A program made the position numbers and the translations under genes. Below the pieces are notes generated by a model. That model was not told the DNA's origin. It saw only the letters and a program-made list of their open reading frames with translations, and did no database searches. A stretch of DNA of 64,000 nt from the human T2T-CHM13v2.0 reference genome, Homo sapiens. Below, one piece after another: positions 24,551 through 38,440 of the stretch. The stretch is from the NCBI RefSeq assembly GCF_009914755.1, contig NC_060938.1. One strand, 5' to 3'. How positions within the stretch are numbered: the stretch's first letter is position 1; the number at the start of each line of letters is the position of its first letter.

Positions 24551-26077
24551 GTGATACATTATGATTATATATTACACAATGTATTGTGAAGCTCTAATGT
24601 AGAAAACATGTATGTAGTATATAAAAGTTATGCCTGGTTTGCACAATAGTTCCACAATTGTATTCACAAACTGATAGTGGAGGGATAAATTCAATTTGGC
24701 ATACACAAGTGTTGTTTTCTTGGTGGTGGTTTTGTTACTTATTTCTTATTTTTTAATTTGTTTCTGACCATAGAATACTCTCCATAGGGTCCCTGAAACT
24801 ATTTTAGCTATCTGATTCACAAAAATGGAAAGGAGATATAAAATTTCCCCTATTGGAAGGAGACCACGAATTAGAGTAGCAATTGGGGCATTAAACTGTA
24901 ATTTGTCTCTTAGTATGATGTTCTGCAATATAATTCAGGGAAAGAAGAGGTAAATATTCACTTATCATAAAGTCATATTATTCATTCTGAAGAAATAGTA
25001 TCAATATTATTAATAAACTAGAAATTGATCTTATAGAAAAAATGCATTTTATAAAATAAATTATTAATAGTACTCAGTATAAGGAAGTTATTTAATTTTG
25101 GATGTCTATTGGATAAGCAGATATATGCTGGAGTAAAGCACATGACCACACCCATATCCATTTGCCCCATCATCTATAACAAACAAAACTTCACCTTTCT
25201 ACTTGTGCGCATCTTTCATACGGGAAGAGTCAACAGGAACTGGAGAAAGGTCAAAGAAAATGGCATCAACTGCTGCTAAATTATGTGAAATTTGCTAGGT
25301 ACAAACAGGGAATAAGGTAACAAAAGTCAAGGCAAAAAACTAGGGGAAGTGGAATATAGTTTAATAGGACTGAAGTCAGAGTAAGGAAAAAGCTGACTGT
25401 TCTCCTACCTTTCATCTCCCGACTTGTGGGTCAGAGCTGAGTTTGGGAGACGGCAGATGTTGAACATATGTGCAAAATTAGAATTTAAACTTAGACTTGT
25501 CTTTGGCTGTTAAAAACAAAAAATAGAGGAGTTCATTTGGCAAAAATCACTTGAAAATGAGATCTGTCTGAAGTAATAGTGGGAAAGTTGAAAGAAAAAT
25601 TAAATGGAGTTGAAGACAGTAGAGGCAAAATATTTAGAGATACAGATGCAGCCTCACCAGGGCAAGTGTAAAATAAAACATATAATAGAGTAAAGAAAGT
25701 TTGGCATTTTTATAACAAAAATGTTGTATAATTGTGCTTTTTATTATTATTCCATAAATAATTTCAAAATTAAAGTATTGTCTTAATTATAATGGACCCA
25801 AAATAAGCATTAGGCATAACTTTGTGTGGAAGACTCACATTTATAAACAATTATATAATTTTGTAAAGCAGGCATGGAAATAAAGAAATTTTTATGAGTG
25901 TCAAAATAGTAAATGACACTAAAATTTCTATTCTTTAGTAGCTCAGTCAAATGACAAGAAGATGTTTCATTACATAATGTTTTTTTAATGTAGATCTTGA
26001 TATTATCATGCCTTAAAATTTTGGAGTAGCGACATTTTCTTGATGGATTCTGCTCTTTTATGGTGGAGGCAGATAGA

Positions 26078-26272
26078 TAACAGAAATTAATTTCTCACCA
26101 TTCTAAAGGCTGTACATCCAAGATCAGGGTGCCAGAATTGGCTGGGTTCTGGTGAGGGCTCTCTTCCTGGCTTGCAGATAGCCAGTTTCTCACTGTGTCT
26201 TCACATATTGGAGAGAGAGAGAGAGTAAACAAGCTGTCCGGTGTTTCTTCTTATAAGGATACTAACCCCAGA
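26078..26272 (-). mobile_element. MaLR LTR fragment (MLT1A/MSTD-like)
   Basis: aacagaaattaatttctcac...tccaagatcagggtgccag...ttctggtgagggctctcttcctggcttgcaga...tcttcttataaggatactaacccca. Confidence 0.85.
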
Positions 26273-28011
26273 GTGCCCTTTACTGATAAAACCATAGTCT
26301 TAGGCTCTCCAGAGTTCAGGTGACATATTGCTAAGACTACATTATTTAGGCGCTTAGAGAAGTATTGTTGCAGTGCTATCACTCTTATGGGGTTTTCATC
26401 TCTAAGAAAATACTTAGTCTCCACTGACTGTTTATACATCAATTTCTCTCTAATTTTAACAGCATTGAGGTTTTAACTGAATTCTGTAGAAATAGAAGAA
26501 ATTAGATGCTTGTCAAATATTCATGAGAAACAAACTACTGACCTAAACAAAAAATAAAAAAATTAAATTATCATGTTTTATACAAAGAAAAAAATTATAA
26601 ATAATTCTGAATAAATCGGCAACGGCATACTTGAATCTGTTTCTACTGGGCGATGAATTTAACAATATCTTCTCACAGAGCTGGCTGGCAATAAAAATGT
26701 TTACTATGAGAAAGTGTTAAAAATATTAAAATGTTTATGGAATGTTTAGCAGTAGATAAAAGGTTCTATACATGTATTAGACACATTTAGATGTGAAAAA
26801 ATTGGAATAGTTTGGAATATTATTTTTGGATGTATTTAAGTAACATTTTGAGAAAATTATGATTTATGAGTTGTGGTACACATAAACATAAGCTACTATT
26901 TGTATAGTTTGAATGGATCTGGAAATATTATTGCACTACCAAAGACTTTCTATTTAAGGCTAAACACATACTTTAAAAGTCATTAAAAATGCCCCTTCTC
27001 TCCTGCTTCAATGAAGCTCAGAGTAGGTAGGAACTTATCACTTTATCTATTTCTGTCACACGCCAATCTGCAGAATGAAATACTGAAATGTTTAAAATGA
27101 ATTACAGTCATTTCAGGTCAGTCAATTATACATAGAGCAGAGAAACTTTAATTTAGTCACACATATACTTTAAAATTTATGCTTTCCTTATATGATTGCC
27201 TTACGGCTTCCATATCTGTTCAGAGATTGATAATCTAAGCCATTCAATTCACTGAACATTTCAGAGTGGGTTATTTACAGTTTTGACTAGAGTATCATTT
27301 CAATGCAATATCAATTATGCATAAAATGCAATTATGATGAAATGTGTTTACTTAGTGCTTACAAATGAAAACATTAATTTGGGCTATCCTTGCCAAAAAT
27401 ACATTGTTTTATATGGCTCTAATTTTGGATGTTTTTAGTAACTGGAATGTCATCAGAATTTAGCAATTTGAAATGCCCATTGGCAGTACACACTTCTCTT
27501 TCAATTCTACACATAATAATGCTTAATTTAATAATGGGATCCAATTTGTTCTCTGAGCATGAACATTTTAATTATGTAAAATATAAATAGAGAAAGCTTG
27601 GTAACGGAAATTCTTCCTGTCTCAAAGTAAGACAATAATTCTCAGGAAATCATTTAAAATGAAAATGTATTCACCTAGACTAACAAATTATAAACATTAA
27701 ATCTGGTAAATCTTAGTTTTTAAATATGCGTCTGAGACATAACGTAATATTGTGACTCTTAATAAAATGAAATAAATGAGGTAGTAAGACAATAACATCT
27801 CATGGAAAGAGATATGTGAGATAGTAAACATATAGTTTACCATCCGTATGGCTTATAATGGAGCTGATTATATGTTATTATTTTCAGAGACTGTAAGGTA
27901 AAAGATAAAATTATTAACATCTTTAGAAGTACAGTTACTCTGGAAGGTAACATTTGAGAAACAGAAAAATATGAAAATGTATTTATCACATATATTTCTC
28001 TCTGTGTGCCT

Positions 28012-28148
28012 TAGACATAGATTTGTTCTTACTTACTTACATAGATTTGTTCTTACTTAGACATAGATTTGTTCTTACTTAGATATAGATTTGTTCTTAC
28101 TTAGATACTTACATAGATTTGTTCTTACTTGTAGATTTGTTCTTACTT
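28012..28148. repeat. Minisatellite: six copies of the 17-bp core tagatttgttcttactt
   Basis: Exact cores start at 28018, 28042, 28064, 28086, 28114 and 28132, with 1-11 bp linkers. Confidence 0.97.
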
Positions 28149-28769
28149 AAGAGTACTTTCTAGTAATTCTCCTTTTTATAAAATGGTTTAAATAGAAATC
28201 TTCACCAGAGTTTGCCATTAACTCTAACATTTTTTAGAAGATACCAAAGGATTATGTACATAGTAAAGAAAAGAGAATGAGAATGATCATAAATAGGAAT
28301 ATAAAGTCTGAAATATATTTAGTGGAAATTATTACAGACACATTTCCTTTATTCGGATTGCATTGTAATTTATATATGTGCTTTAGCTCACCACAGAGCT
28401 GTGTTCATTTTCAGAGGCTATGCATTTACTCATTTTTGGATCCTTTACAAAACCTATAAATTACTTTGCATATCATCAGTGAATTATATGATGTCAGAAG
28501 TGCACTGATGGCAAAGGGTGAGTCAGAGTTTGTAACCGTAGAGCTTAAAAAACCAAAAACAAAAAGACTGTCTTAATTCAGAACATTTCCCTAGAGAACA
28601 TTTCCCTTAAGCTATACTTCTCCCCCTTCTCTATAATAGTTCACTTTCACAACACAAAAGTATGCTGCAATCGTGTATATAAAACAATAGTAATAAAAGA
28701 ACAAAAATATCATTAAATACCATCTTTTCCATTATAGTAAGAGTCAGTAGAGAAATTGTCTGCATTAGA

Positions 28770-29400
28770 TCTACCCTAGAGCATCTCACATTCCTTCTTG
28801 AATCCAGTCCAACTACACTTACGACTCACAAATTTCAGTTACCAATCACCCATGAGCTTGCCAAATTCAAAGGAAATTTTAAATAACCATTAATTTTTCA
28901 TCAGTCAACACCAATTGAATCAGCTGGTCACTCTGCATCAAAAAAACCAATTTGATTGCCTTAAATACAATTTTGATTATCTTCCTCAAAGTTCACTGGA
29001 GGCCCCAGCCCATTTTCCTTCACTGGCTGTGTTTTGACTTCCTTCTTAACGCTGCTCCTTGGATTGTCTCAGTCCCCAGCCTTCAATCCATTATTCTCTA
29101 GTTGATCCTTCCTTTAGAGAGCTCATCCAGTCACTTGGCTTTAATTATTGTTTATACTGGAAGAATCCGAAATTTATATCTCTGTTAGTGAACTCATGTC
29201 TTATATATCACATAGAAATTTTTTTCTCCTAATTTAGGAATTTTTCCTCACTCCCATAACATAACTTCCTCTCGACCACTTATTCCTATTTCTTTCTTAA
29301 AGTATATTCTTCTTCACAGTACTTACTAATATATGGGACAATATTTTTATAGTTATTTGTTTTGCCTCCTATTTCACTACAATAAGTACGCCTACTACCT
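28770..29400 (+). mobile_element. L2 fragments
   Basis: ttaccaatcaccatgagcttgccaaattcaa...ctcatccagtcacttggctttaatta...aaatttatatctct. Confidence 0.65.
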
Positions 29401-29639
29401 AGGACAAATAAAGTTTGTAAAAATGACCATATTATAATTTTCTTTCTTTTTTAAATTGTATATAATTTGATTTAAATAGGATTTTTATTGACTTTGAAAT
29501 AAAGTTCAGATTCCATAGATGACTGTCAGTGAGCCGCATTATTTGGTTCTCAATTACCTGTTAAACTTTCGCTCCACAGTGTGGTGTACTCCCACAAAAT
29601 AATGTTATTGGTGTTCTTGATGGCCAGCACTTCATTTAT

Positions 29640-31340
29640 TATCGACTTGTTGAGGCATATTCAATAAATTAAAAATTGTATATATTCAAAGTGTACAATC
29701 TGATGATATGATAAATATACACATATATTGTAAAATGGTTACCACAATCAAGTCAATTAATTTTTCAACTCACATAGTTTCTTTCCTTATGTTTTTTGGT
29801 GCAAGTGATTAAGATCTCTTATAGCAAATGTCAGGCATATAATACAGAGGCAGTAACTATAGTTACTCACCATGCTGTACACTGAATCCTCAGAATATAT
29901 TCATCTTATAATTAAAAGTTTGTAAACTTTCACCTATCTCTGTCCTCTCTCTTCAGCCTCACATTTATTCTGTTCTCTGTTCTTGAGTTCCACTTTTTTT
30001 TTTTTTTAAGATTCCATGTATAAGTGAGATCATGTGGTATTTTCTTTCAGTATCTGGTTTATTTCACTTAGTGTAATGTCCTTCATGTTTATCAATGTTG
30101 TTGCAAATAGTAGGATTTTTTTTTCTCTTTTAATGGCTGAGTAATGTATGCCATATCCATTAATTCACTGATGGACACAGCTTGTTTCCCTATCGGGGCT
30201 ATTGTGAAAAATGCTGCAGTGAATATGGGCATGGAGATATTTCTTAGATATACTGATTTCATTTTCTTTGTTTATATACCAAGAAGTAGAAGAGCTGAAT
30301 GAAATGGTAGCTCTATTTCTAATTTTTGAGAAGCACTCCTATTATTTTCCACAATGATTACATCAATTTATATTCCCACCAATAATGTATAAATGTTCCC
30401 TTTTCTCTAAAACCTTACCATTTATCTTTTTTTATTTTTTTATAATAGCCATTCTAACAGGTGGGAGGTGATATGTCAATAAAGCTTTAATTTGCATTTA
30501 TCTGATGAGTGATGTTGAGCAACTTTTCATGTACCTATTTGCCATTTGTATATCTTCTTTGAAAATATGTCTATTTGGGGAATTTGCCCATTTTAAAATC
30601 AAATTATTTGAGTTTTCATTTTTATTTATGTATTGCTATTGAACTGTATGTATTTCTAACATATTTTGGATATTGGACATTAATCCCTTATCAGATACAT
30701 TGTTTGCAAATATTTTCTCCCATTTTGTAGGTTATCTTTTTATTTTGTTAATTGTTTCGTTTGCTGTGCAGAAGCTTTTTAGTTTGATGTAATCTTGTTT
30801 GTTTATTTTTACTTTTGTTGACTGTACTTTTGGTGTGGTATCCAAAATATCACTGCCAAGATGGATGTCAAGGAGGTTTTTCTGTTTGTTTATGGCTTTA
30901 GGTCTTACATTTGAGTCTTTTATCCATTTTGAATTAATTTCATAAGTGGCATATGATAAATACCTATTTTTATTTGTTTGTATGTGGACATTTAGTTTTC
31001 CCAACATCACTCACTGAACAGACTGTCCTTTCCCATTATGTTCTTGGTGCCTTTTTTAAAGGTTAGTTGACTACATATGCATGCATTTGTTTCTGGGCTT
31101 TCTATTTGGTTTCATTCATCTCTCTGTCTTGTTTTAATTGGTATAGCTTTGTAATATAGCTTGATATCAAGATTTTATAACACTGTCATCTTTTTTTCTC
31201 AAGGATGTTTTTGCTACTGGGGATTTTTTGTGGTTCCATAGTAATGTTAGGATTGTTTTTTTCTATATCTGTGAAAAATGCCTTTGGAATTTTGATAAGA
31301 ACTGCATTGAATTTGCAGATAATTTACAGACTTTTGGTTT
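29640..31340 (-). mobile_element. L1MA9-like 3' portion (ORF2 end and 3'UTR)
   Basis: ttgttgaggcat...aaaattgtatatattcaaagtgtacaa...gattccatgtataagtgagatcatg...gctgtgcagaagctttttagtttgatg...gcattgaatttgcagat. Confidence 0.92.
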
Positions 31341-33539
31341 ACAAAGTAATATTATTTCCAACTGTCTCTTCTGTCACAATTTAATTCTACTTATTGTGAA
31401 GACCAAATAAGATGTCACACTATCCAGTAAGTCTTTGTTATAACTCCAATAAGAAATATTATTCTCTCTCTCTCTCTCTGTCTCTCCCTCAAAATTTTTT
31501 GTCTCTACTCTTTGACATTTACCATATTCGACCCAATAAAACAATTATCAAGCAAACTTCTTTATAAGAAGAAGCATGTAAGGATTTTCTTTGAATTACA
31601 CATATTATCTAAAATTTGATATTTTATATTATAAGACCTCAAAAGTATTATTGTGGTATTTTAAATCAGCTGTATATTTATTTAGGCTGGCATGGTCTGG
31701 ATGCATTTTGCAGAGAAACAGATTAAATAAAAAGTATAGAAAGACAGAAATTCCTTTCATTCAAAGACTGAATACATAGAGTTCTATTGGACAACGCTAC
31801 ATATCGAAAGTAATAATGTTCTGTAGGAAAGTTTAGTTAATATGTGAATTATAACTGTATAATATAACACCAGAGACAAGCTAGTTATATTAATAAAGCA
31901 TTCATTTGTTGGAACATATGACTCAATGTGTGTAATTTTTTGAGGGAAGCATACTCAAACAAACAACAACAAAATTAGTCTGCTCCTGAAGCCTGAATTC
32001 AGCCATTCCTGTTTATTTTGTTAGGTAAGCTTTGTGTGTATAAGATGAAATAATTTTGTAAAAACAAGTATATAAAATTTCTAATTTTTAATGTTCAAAT
32101 AAAATTAGATGTGTGCAATGCTTAAATGAAGGCAAGGTAACTGAAAATAAGGTTACCAAGTTCATACTTCTGACTAAATGTGGCTTCAAGTCTCTTACTT
32201 TCATGAAAATATGTAACGATGTACACTTTCAGAGACAAAAATTACAGAATTCAGAGTTAATATATGATAGGACCATGCCAATTTAATGTTTCTTACATCC
32301 TCTGTTTTTAAATTCAGGTCAGTCGGCATAAAGTTAAATATCTTATCCTTATGAGGATGATGAGATCAGGATGCTTCCATAAAGCTTAAGGATTGGGGGT
32401 TAACAGCATGCATCTGATGCTGAGATTTGCTATTCATTTTTAAACACATCCTTGCTTTTATTATGCAGCTATTTTTGATTCCTAAAATGAATGAACCTAC
32501 ACCATAAATATGTATGTGTGTTTATTCTCAAGGAGAGCCCAGAAGAAGTAGAGAAAATTATTCAAGTGCACAGCCCCTCTCAGTGGCACTTCAGATGGAA
32601 ACACACGTGCATGGTTATAAGGAAGTCGAGCTCTGAGTGTTAATATAGAAATAAATATTCTATGGAATATAAGTACAACATAAAAAAGACATGAGCTCTT
32701 TGGCTAACTTCATGGAAAATATTTCTCCTTAGGGAAATTATTCTAGCAATTGGGTCACTCATATGTTACTGAATTTTTGTCCAGCAAAGTTGTTTGTGCT
32801 CTGTTCAGCAGCAACTTTTGTTAATAATTGAAACCTTCCAATACAGGCACCATAGGACTTCAGTAATAATGGGAGGTGTTTCTAGTTTATGAGGTAATAA
32901 CTATTTTACATTTAGTATTAACTTGGATATTAAAGACTTCCGAAGAACTGGTAACTATTGAGTTACCAGAAAGCCATGCTCTTATCTCATTTATTACGTG
33001 CAGAAAACTAAGCTAATGCTTTGGAGACCTTTAATTAAAAATAATAATAGTTATAATTTGGGAAAGAGACAGATATTTTAGTAGCATTACTTTATTTGCC
33101 TTGGGTAGTGCCTTGATGGTATACTGCCTATGAGTCATTAACAATTTGGTAAAACTGTTAATATGGTATTTTTAATATTGTAGCTATTTAATAAATAACA
33201 TGAGCATGAGGTACTGTGCTGGTTTTAAGGAATGCCAAGATAAATGTTCAGAATAATACTACCATGTAATAAATACTACAGTGGAGAAAAATAAATAGGG
33301 ACATAAAAGTACAAAACATGAACATGTGTTGGATAGTATTCACACCACACATTTGTCATCAGATATAAAAGCAGATGTTTGCTTAGGGGAAAAGTTTTGT
33401 TTTTTCTAAAAACTTGAAATTCAAAATTCTTCATTTAGAGAAAGTATATATGTTTATGAAAAAATACTGTAAAACTTTTCTATAAAATATAATCAGAGAA
33501 AATAATTGTGGCTAGTTTTCTCATCAACAGATTCCAATA

Positions 33540-33800
33540 GAGTACAGTTAGGCAAGAAGAATAAGATCTGGTGTTCAGCAAGGTGACTATAGCTAATAAC
33601 ATAGTAGTGTATATTTCAAGACAGAAATAATAAAAGATTTTGAATGTTATTACCACAAAGAAATGATAAATGTTTAAGGTGATGAATGTGGCAATTAGTC
33701 TGATTTGGTCATTATACAATGTATACATACAATGAAACATCACATTGTATCCCCAAAATATGTACAATTATTGTGTGGCAGTTATAAATTTTAAAATATT
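33540..33800 (+). mobile_element. L1MA (MA6-8-like) 3' terminal fragment
   Basis: aataagatctggtgttc...cacaaagaaatgataaatgtttaaggtgatg...aacatcacattgtatcccc. Confidence 0.9.
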
Positions 33801-34149
33801 AATTAATAAAATACAGAAAATTGATGTAAAACTAATAAATATTAATTTTACATTTAAAAGTTATTGAATCATTCCTCCATTTTAAAAAACAAATTACTAT
33901 TACAAGATTTGAAATTATTGAGGGCTCTTTTGGTTATGTTCAGTAGTGATATTGTTATTATTATGAAACCTAATGCCTAGATCATTGTATGTGATGCCTG
34001 ATTAAAAGATAATTCATGCTATTATGTCATTAAATTTATAATAGGGAGAGATATGTTTGAATTTCCTAGAAAACTTACAGGATAGGAATACCTAAATCAA
34101 GCCTCATTTTTCAAAACAATGGTATTATATTCCCGTTTTTCAGGCAAAT

Positions 34150-36602
34150 TGTGTAAGTTCATTTTGCATTGCAATCTAGGAATACCTGAGACTGGTTAAT
34201 TTATGAAGAAAATAGATTTATTTGGCTCACAGTGCTGCAAGCTATATAAGAAGCATAGTGCCAGAATCTGCTTCTGGTGAGGCCTCAGGAAGCTTACTAA
34301 CATGGTGGAAGGCAAAGCAGGAGTCAGTGTATCACTTGGTGAGAGTATGGACAAGAGAGAGGCGGAAGGTCTCAGGCTTTTTTAAACAATCAGCTGTCAT
34401 GTGATCGAACAGAGTCAGAACTCACTCATTATCATGGGGAGGACACAAAGCCATTCATGATGCATCTTCTCCCATGACACAAACAACTCCCACCAGGCCC
34501 CACCTTCAACACTGGGATCACATTTTAACATGAGATTTGGGTAGGACCAAACATCTAAACCACATAATTCTGCCCCCCAAATCTCATATCTTTCCCTCAT
34601 TGCAAAATATAGTTACCCCTTCCCAATTGTTCCCAAAAGTCTCAACTCATTTCAAGTATTAACTTAAAAGTCAAGGTCTCATCTGAGACTAAAAGCAAGT
34701 TCCTCCCACCTATGAACGTGTAAAATCAAAACAGGTTATTTACTTCTAAGATACAATGGTGGTACAGAAAGTGGATAAACATTCCCATTCCAAAAGGGAG
34801 GAATCAGCCAAAAGAAAGGGGGCAACAGCCCCCACACAAGTCCAAAACCCAGCAGGGCAGACATTAAATTTTAAAGCTCCTACATAATCCTTGACTCGAT
34901 GTTCTGCATCCTGGGCACACTGGTGTGAGGGGTGGGCTTCCCAGGTCTAGGGCATATCTAGCCCTGTGGCTTTGCAGTGTGCAGCATCTACGGCTGCTCT
35001 CATGGATTGGAGTCCAATGCTTGTGGCATTTCTAGGCTCAGGGTGCAAGCTACAGGTGTCTCTAAAATTCTGGGTTCTGGAGGGCAGAAGATCTGTTCCC
35101 ACAGATTCACTAGGCAGTTTCCCAGTGGGGACTCTGTGTGAGCGCTTCAACCCCATATTTCCCTGTAGCACTGCTCTAATAGAGGTTCTCTGCCATGCCT
35201 CCACCCTTGTGGCAGGCTTCTGCCTAGGCACCCAGGCTTTCTGGTACATCCACTGAAATCTTGGTGGAGGCCAAGTCTCCTTTCACTCTTGCATTCTGCA
35301 CACCTTCAGATAAAACACACAAGGAAGCTTCCAATGCTATGCCTAGTGCTTTCTGCAGCAGTGAACTGAGCTGTAGCTGGAACTCTTTGAGCTGTGTCTG
35401 AAGCCAGAGCTGTCAGGCTTCTGGGAGAAGTGTCCTGTCCTGAAGCTGCACAGGGCAGCAAGGCCTCAGGTCTGGTGCCCAGAACCATTTATTCCTCCCA
35501 GCCCTCTGAACCTGGGATGGGAGAGGCTTCCTCAAAAATGTCTGAAATGCCTTTGAGGGCTTTTTCCCCATTGTCTTGGCTGTTAGTACTTGGCTTCCTT
35601 TTAGTCATGCACATATCTCTAGTAAGTGGTTGCTCCACATCCTGCTTATATTTCTTTTTAGAAAATTCTCTTTTCTTCTCTACCACATGGCCAGGCTGTT
35701 AATTTTCTAAACTTTCAAACTTTGCTTCTCTTTTAGTGATAAATTTCAACTTTAAGTTATTCCTTTACTCTTGTATCAGATCATAGGTTGTTAGAAGCAG
35801 TCAGACCACATCTTGAATGATTTGCTGCTTAGCTATCTCTTCCACCAGATTCCCTAAGTCATCATTCCTAAGTTCAACCTTTCACAGATCCCCAGGACAT
35901 GGACATAATGCATCCATGCTGCTTGCTAGGGCATGACAAGGGTGATCTTTACTACAATTCCTAAAAAATTCCAAATTTTCATCTGAGACCTCATCAGCCT
36001 CTCCTTTACTGTCCATATTTCTGTCAGCATTTTGGTCACAACCATTTAAAAATTCTCTAAGAATTGTTTCTAAGTCTAAGAATTGACTCTTTTGAGTCCT
36101 CCAAACTCTCCCTGCCTCTGCCTGTTACCCAGCTCCAAAGCTGCTCCCTCATCTTCAGGTATATTTATAGCAATGCCCTACTCCTTGGTACCAATTTTCT
36201 GTGTTCTGCGTTGCTATAAATGAATATCTGAGATTGGGTAATTTATAAAGAAAAGAGGTTTATTTGGCTCATATTCTGCAGTCTGTACAAGAGGCATCAT
36301 GATAGTATCTACGTCTGGTGAGGGCTCACAAAGCTTACAATCATGGTGGAAGGTGACAGGAAGCCAGCATATCACATAGTGAGAGAGAAGGTAGGGGTGT
36401 TGGGTCCCAGGCTTTCTGAACAACCAGATCTCATGTGAACTAACAGAGTCAGAACTCACTCATTATCGTAGGGAGGGCACCAAGCCATTTATGAGGGATC
36501 TGCGCCTATGACCCAAACTTATCCCAACAGGCCCCACTTCCAACACTGGGGATCACATTTCAACATGAGATTTGGAGGGGAAAATACATCCAAATCATGT
36601 CA
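34150..36602 (-). mobile_element. Full-length MSTB MaLR (LTR 34150-34567, internal 34568-36199, LTR 36200-36602)
   Basis: Two related LTRs flank an MST-int sequence; tg...ca outer termini; 5-bp TSD caaat (34145-34149) / gaaat (36603-36607). Confidence 0.93.
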
Positions 36603-36647
36603 GAAATGAATCTTAAACACTTCTAAAACAACAGTTACTAAGGAATC

Positions 36648-36711
36648 AGTTAGATAGAAGGAGTACGTTCTAGTATTCAATAGTACAGTAGGGAAGTGAT
36701 AGTAAACAATG
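36648..36711 (+). mobile_element. L1MA 3'UTR fragment
   Basis: agttagatagaaggagtacgttctagtattcaatagtacagtaggg. Confidence 0.6.
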
Positions 36712-36822
36712 CTGATAATCTGAAGTGGAACAGTTTCATGCCAAAACTATCCCCCACCAGTCTGTGGAAAAATTGACTTCCATGAAACTGCTCCCTGGTG
36801 CTAAAAAGGTTGGGGACTGCTG
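36712..36822. mobile_element. MER1 (hAT-Charlie) terminal fragment
   Basis: tgataatctgaagtggaacagtttcat...ctgtggaaaaattgacttccatgaaactgctccctggtgctaaaaaggttggggactgctg ends in the MER1 TIR. Confidence 0.88.
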
Positions 36823-37574
36823 GTTTAGACCACATTATTCAGAGTTGTTCTAGTAATTATTCTGGTAATTTGTCTCATGCAATAGAAAATACATATGAAC
36901 ACTAAGAAATCTAGAAATAATTCTTCTCATAATAAAAAATATAAAAACTTGGTAAAATATAAGCCTACAATATTTTTTCTCTATATTCAGGTATAAAGAC
37001 AGTGTCAACCATGTGACATTTATAATATTCATAATCTATATTTGCAAAAAAAATGTATCATGGAATTTGAGAAGGTTTAGATTCTTAGAAATTTCTTATA
37101 AATATTTAAACATGGTCAATTAAGGGCATTGTAATTACTCTCTTAATTTGCATTAATTAGTTTAGACTCTACTGTTAATTTTTACATGCAATTTTCTCTC
37201 TGATTAGTTTTCTTTTCCTTCATACTATAGTTCTTTAATTTCTCACCAATTTTATGCAAGTAACTACTTTATTTTACATTTGCCAGCCATGTGTCTTACA
37301 AGGACTCTACATTTAGCATCCTGATAGTTGTAGCATGCAGTATATTTTTAGATAACTAGCTTATGTGAAAAGAAATAAACTGAGCAGAACCTGGCAAGGC
37401 AAAACTACCCACAGATGGAGAACACTTCCAGATCATTTTCAGTCCCTCTTTATCATATTTGAGACTAATCTTCCTTGAACTTATTTTCTTTCTTTCTTAA
37501 ATACCAATTTTAAGTTGTTTATTTTTCTTATTTCTTATCAGGACTTTCTTTCTTCTTGTTCTTAGTAACCATTT

Positions 37575-38440
<866 letters not shown>

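Noticed and set aside
25150-25620. Possible old LTR (MamGyp-like) or exon-like block
   Set aside because: I could not match it to a consensus or find a convincing ORF or splice pair by eye
26295-26339. 9-bp inverted repeat tagtcttag/ctaagacta as a hairpin RNA or MITE
   Set aside because: Too short, no extended stem or TSD; compatible with chance in 64 kb
28012-28148. CRISPR-like repeat-spacer appearance
   Set aside because: Eukaryotic context; linkers are only 1-11 bp and derived from the repeat itself; no cas genes
34947-35702. ~100-aa ORFs in the MSTB internal region
   Set aside because: Fragments of the decayed MaLR internal sequence, not an intact gene
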